64,000 nucleotides of DNA from a virus. Location: positions 96,001 to 160,000 of the IMG/VR virus record IMGVR_UViG_3300020416_000001. The stretch is one strand, 5' to 3'. The notes beneath the pieces were generated by a model. That model did no database searches and had not been told where the DNA came from. It saw nothing but the letters and a program-made list of their open reading frames with translations. Below are positions 61,301 through 64,000 of this stretch, piece after piece. Position 1 is the first letter of the stretch; each line of letters starts with the position of its first letter. A program made the translations under genes and the position numbers.

Positions 61301-62013
61301 TCAGAGTGACTGCAATCAACGAGGACCAGTGTCAAGCAGTGACTGAAACACAGGGTATGGTTCAAGACCTTGCTCTTGGTAGTTACTCTGACATCACAGT
61401 CCCTAGACAACCTGAGCAACTGGTGGTTAACAACCGTAGTGTCACTGGTGCAGAGTACATAGTTAATATGAATGAGATCTTCCAGAGTTTCTTCCTGTAT
61501 GACAACGGTAATGCCACATCATTCCACCAGTATTGGTTAGAACAACAAACTCTAGGGAACGATGTTGTGTTTAATACCGACTACTATGACGACACTGACA
61601 AAGGATTGTTCTTCAGATTGAAGATCAGAGTTACACGTCAGGGTCAACATAACTCTGGAGACACATATAAGTTTGACAGATATGGATGGTTCGGTAACGT
61701 AAGCATATCAAATGTGTATAGTTACGGTAAGAGATACGAGAAGGAAGATGTTATGAATATTCAATGGCCACCAAGGGAGTTACAATTCTCCACTGGTGAT
61801 AGACCATCATCACCATACTTCCCCAGTCAAAAGAACCTACCAAAGAAAGTTCTTGTGAAGGATGCAACGACCGCTAGATATAAACGTAACGCTAGGATGG
61901 CACTGTTCCAACAAATGCACGACAAAACAAGCAACCTGTGGTATAGTAATAGGACGCTTTATCAACCCACACAGATAAGGCAATTTAACATTATAATAAA
62001 GGATACTGACTGA
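58363..62013 (+). CDS. Large (1216 aa) probable virion protein
   Basis: WDDNPRTAG and D.DGND.NA.F.I modules; WEDL...DDDYND; late box. Confidence 0.75.
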   Translation: MAVGNNHWFERNCDPSDVEQQEEVVQSGGGNTGSPSGGSAPNTLAAAVETLLGQCYGDQGTLTKDNFPDLEVEPLPPPQYINWGPILDTILGTGSDVPDTRDIQVDFDIGRDEDGGDVCFSPDGTTNESRETVDCDKGTQPEIEKCIQNHLDCFFRPYVGGAWKPPQADCESFVPAAMYGTTNKICVRNCVTKRDPIYLMKKGMSGTGSAIFNGPNTLTVTGNVSQTISLEFQWDDNPRTAGTAVDQITVGGTTFTRSGEKGKQTEVLTLGAGDYSIQYQGLSGSGYQIDNNAGYGTNKSIMYKDNDGNDANARFSILGNNNLGRDHRYGTSDIPDAGYQLAGAAWFANLLPSETSRSVPVYRTFSASAQDTMLTSNITGEAGDLDAGGYQPRDEVLFYGYREAEDMTSELMEGEEPAPLYRYYSFAGQDHKYSIEPLGNVANAPNLQNNIFRFETQAESALKIQLTCRRGSAAYDNAFGWYVTDENNVPIAGRVLLANVTDASGTFHRKIDKDLINSYMPCNLGFFMIPDGGSNGASDNQDVTFSAHNNQFGDGYTNNQGIGTHSSQKNYVYFSDRRLNPQKKDMTKWPDNIWQYWEDLFAGDDDYNDVRISYRVGYGDSEYYYEGIECYVFSRPAQPVFANIEVNDDCEKKAFRKGSFVDATLTRTECGSYHEHPKTGADTWDCGKCTGHYANSKNRVQKVKIARDATFTIRSHGGMTAGYGDCTKFTWKLKVNGNTIYTEQSLVSEWRQIGSVLHTFNVEKGDNLVFKIESIDAGHYNGKVSPAFAIRDEGTGDYINTWTVNLLTQSHNYQTESRDQAEGQPQSGPEITEPCGLPISGDLWCWEKSPDDDDFPVKTDYTTVITNRVVNQSAVLPLDAYDKAAARIRVINGKDVYSMSDNDTGFVDVVAKNGFSLRLKYTVIEAENAYVDWSVDSVEDWGSGGFRLNEEIDLIFDDQDEFFDEQDEDWSGPTHSKLGFRVTAINEDQCQAVTETQGMVQDLALGSYSDITVPRQPEQLVVNNRSVTGAEYIVNMNEIFQSFFLYDNGNATSFHQYWLEQQTLGNDVVFNTDYYDDTDKGLFFRLKIRVTRQGQHNSGDTYKFDRYGWFGNVSISNVYSYGKRYEKEDVMNIQWPPRELQFSTGDRPSSPYFPSQKNLPKKVLVKDATTARYKRNARMALFQQMHDKTSNLWYSNRTLYQPTQIRQFNIIIKDTD

Positions 62014-62276
62014 TGGACTATTGGGATCGCCGTTTTCTAAAATCTAGGATGGAACTGGATGCCATTAAAGGGGCACTCAAGTCTGGAGATGGACAGAAAG
62101 CAGCGAAGAAACTTAAAAAAATCCGAAAGTTCTTCAAGTCACCTCTCGGTGAAGTTGCCAGATTAGACAACTCACTATATAATGTTAAGGAATCAACACA
62201 GGAGACATTGGATGGCGACCAAGGATCAACAACTACGGGGGATGACTCTGCTACTGGAGAGTCTGCACAAACCTGA
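62013..62276 (+). CDS. Hypothetical protein
   Basis: Coupled to the previous gene. Confidence 0.6.
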   Translation: MDYWDRRFLKSRMELDAIKGALKSGDGQKAAKKLKKIRKFFKSPLGEVARLDNSLYNVKESTQETLDGDQGSTTTGDDSATGESAQT

Positions 62277-62394
62277 CACTGCATTAAGGAACTGTGCACA
62301 CAATCAACAGTGCTTCAATGAACTTATGGGTTACCGTGACGAGTTGATCGAGTATTGTGCAAACAAATTGAGGGAGATCAATGATCAACCTTGA
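62212..62394 (+). CDS. Hypothetical protein
   Basis: GGAG RBS; KPD..LR.CAHNQ.C..ELM. Confidence 0.65.
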   Translation: MATKDQQLRGMTLLLESLHKPDTALRNCAHNQQCFNELMGYRDELIEYCANKLREINDQP

Positions 62395-62593
62395 TGAATA
62401 CTACCATTCCTACCTGACAGACAGGGCAAAGAAGTTCCGTATTGATGGTGTGGAGGAATCTATCGTGTCCTATGGGTATCACTGTGATGGTTCAGATATA
62501 ACAGGACATTACGTGTTGACAGATAACTATCGTTTGGTGTATGATCGCTCTGGACATTTCAAATACAAGGAGAAGTGGTCGAGTGATCGATGA
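62381..62593 (+). CDS. Hypothetical protein
   Basis: GGAG RBS. Confidence 0.7.
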   Translation: MINLDEYYHSYLTDRAKKFRIDGVEESIVSYGYHCDGSDITGHYVLTDNYRLVYDRSGHFKYKEKWSSDR

Positions 62594-62633
62594 GAACATA
62601 TGTTCTTTCCGTTACACAATGAAATAATTTGTG

Positions 62634-62641
62634 TATAAATA
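62634..62641 (+). promoter_or_regulatory. Late promoter TATAAATA
   Basis: Exact consensus. Confidence 0.75.
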
Positions 62642-62712
62642 ACCATTCGTGCTCGAAGCGTATCGTAAACACGAATTGTCCACACTATTAAATTAAGGAG
62701 ATTTAACTCAAA

Positions 62713-63081
62713 ATGATTAAAACTGCATTCGCTGCTCTTGCTGCAGCATCCGCTATTGCTGCCCCATCTGCTGTCCTTGCAGGTCCATATGTCAACGTAG
62801 AAACCAACGCAGGTTGGTCAGGATCCGATTACACTGGCGCTACGACAGATCTTCACGTAGGGTACGAAGGTGTAACAGGTGCTGCATCATACTATGTGCA
62901 AGCAGGTCCTAGTCTGATCTCAACTGACGGTGCAGATGGTAAGACTGAATTCTCTGGTAAAGGAGGACTTGGTGTTGCTGTATCTGAAGCAGTTGGAGTC
63001 TACGGCGAAGTTTCATTCTTGACTGACGACGTTAAAGACACAGCATTCGGTGGAAAATTGGGTGTAAAATACGCTTTCTAA
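62713..63081 (+). CDS. Small outer-membrane beta-barrel protein
   Basis: Signal peptide, amphipathic strands, terminal GVKYAF. Confidence 0.8.
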   Translation: MIKTAFAALAAASAIAAPSAVLAGPYVNVETNAGWSGSDYTGATTDLHVGYEGVTGAASYYVQAGPSLISTDGADGKTEFSGKGGLGVAVSEAVGVYGEVSFLTDDVKDTAFGGKLGVKYAF

Positions 63082-63104
63082 TTCTGTCTGCTATACTAGA
63101 TACT

Positions 63105-63126
63105 AGGGAGCACTCGCTCCCTTTTT
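63105..63126 (+). terminator. Terminator
   Basis: AGGGAGC-ACTC-GCTCCCT + T run. Confidence 0.85.
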
Positions 63127-63140
63127 TATTCTCTAAAATT

Positions 63141-63383
63141 ATGCCAAGTAATACTATCATCTACACTCGTGATGGATGTCCCTTTTGCACCAAGATTAAG
63201 AAACTATATGAGATGAAGGGGTGGAAGTTTCAAGAACAGAAACTTGATGTGAACTTTACTCGTCCACAATTCTGGGATGAGTTCGGTAGATCTGCTACAT
63301 TTCCTCAGTTAATTGTTGATGGAAAGAAGACGGGCGGTTGTAACGAAACAATCGGGGAGTTTAGATCCCAAGGTCTTCTATAA
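63141..63383 (+). CDS. nrdC: Glutaredoxin
   Basis: CPFC, TFPQ, GG. Confidence 0.92.
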   Translation: MPSNTIIYTRDGCPFCTKIKKLYEMKGWKFQEQKLDVNFTRPQFWDEFGRSATFPQLIVDGKKTGGCNETIGEFRSQGLL

Positions 63384-63446
63384 ATACTTTTAGCGATATA
63401 GGAGGTCTCATTTTTATCCCTTTGTACACCTTACTTGGAGAGACCA

Positions 63447-63677
63447 ATGGTCACAGCATTATATGTCTTCGCAATCATCGGAGCGTTCCTCATCGGGGGA
63501 CTTGTTATGTGGGTAGCGAAAGATTATGTTGATGCTTACATTGACAACGCTGCCTATGCCAAGGCAATCATCCATCCAGAAATGCTAGACGAGGACGGCA
63601 ATATAGATCATTCCGAACTGCTGTATTTGCGTTTCACTGATAATGATGATATACTAGATGCTGAAGATGACGACTAA
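63447..63677 (+). CDS. Small membrane protein
   Basis: TM, then HPEMLDEDG. Confidence 0.7.
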   Translation: MVTALYVFAIIGAFLIGGLVMWVAKDYVDAYIDNAAYAKAIIHPEMLDEDGNIDHSELLYLRFTDNDDILDAEDDD

Positions 63678-63680
63678 GTT

Positions 63681-64000
63681 ATGATCCTGGTCGATATGAA
63701 TCAGGTAATGATCGCTAACCTTATGGTTAGTTTGACACAATCTGAAGAACTACAGGAAGGACTAGTCCGCCATATGATTCTGAACTCACTGCGAAATTAT
63801 CGCCACGAGTTTCGGAAAGAGTACGGCGAACTAGTCCTTTGTTATGACAGCAAACACTACTGGAGACGTGAATACTTTCCGTACTATAAAGGTACACGAA
63901 AGAAAGATAGAGAGAAGTCTAAACACAACTGGAACAACATCTTCGAACTACTAAACAAACTTAAAGATGAGTTTAGAGAAGCACTTCCATACAAAGTGGT
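63681..64000 (+). CDS. rnh: T4-type RNase H / 5'-3' exonuclease (3' truncated)
   Basis: MILVDMNQ, RHMILNSLR, YWRR..FPYYK..RKK.R. Confidence 0.93.
   Translation, partial: MILVDMNQVMIANLMVSLTQSEELQEGLVRHMILNSLRNYRHEFRKEYGELVLCYDSKHYWRREYFPYYKGTRKKDREKSKHNWNNIFELLNKLKDEFREALPYKV

Overview
This is 64 kb from the core region of a T4-like cyanomyovirus (Kyanoviridae). The Prochlorococcus-style D1 and pcyA suggest a Prochlorococcus host. In order, it holds: the tail/head module (gp18-gp23, gp3); uvsY/uvsW, gp55, pcyA and gp47/46; a vWA-metallopeptidase + CobS-like AAA pair; gp45/44/62, dam and regA; a convergent cluster of membrane/secreted proteins (the only minus-strand genes); hsp20, gp43, uvsX, gp41, mazG and a manA-type RNA; a nuclease-like/ligase-like/HxGH-nucleotidyltransferase block plus probable internal head proteins; primase and nrdAB; tandem glutamine (Downstream-peptide) riboswitches, talC and tRNA-Arg; four hli genes, psbA, a large virion protein, a beta-barrel OMP, glutaredoxin and the start of rnh. 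Six 2OG-Fe(II) oxygenases are interleaved. The most notable observations are: (1) a 56-codon ORF nested inside the loop of the second of two tandem glutamine-riboswitch aptamers; (2) a late-expressed nuclease/ligase-like/NTase trio whose NTase carries a T4-type capsid-targeting leader; (3) a seven-gene envelope-protein cluster with antisense overlap and a gene lacking a normal start; (4) a fixed-spacing (G/C)TGGCACA promoter box; (5) an antisense sigma70 promoter beside gp55; (6) strong depletion of CATG, RGCY, GCTGG and CCGG. All family calls come from recognising motifs by eye. No searches were run.
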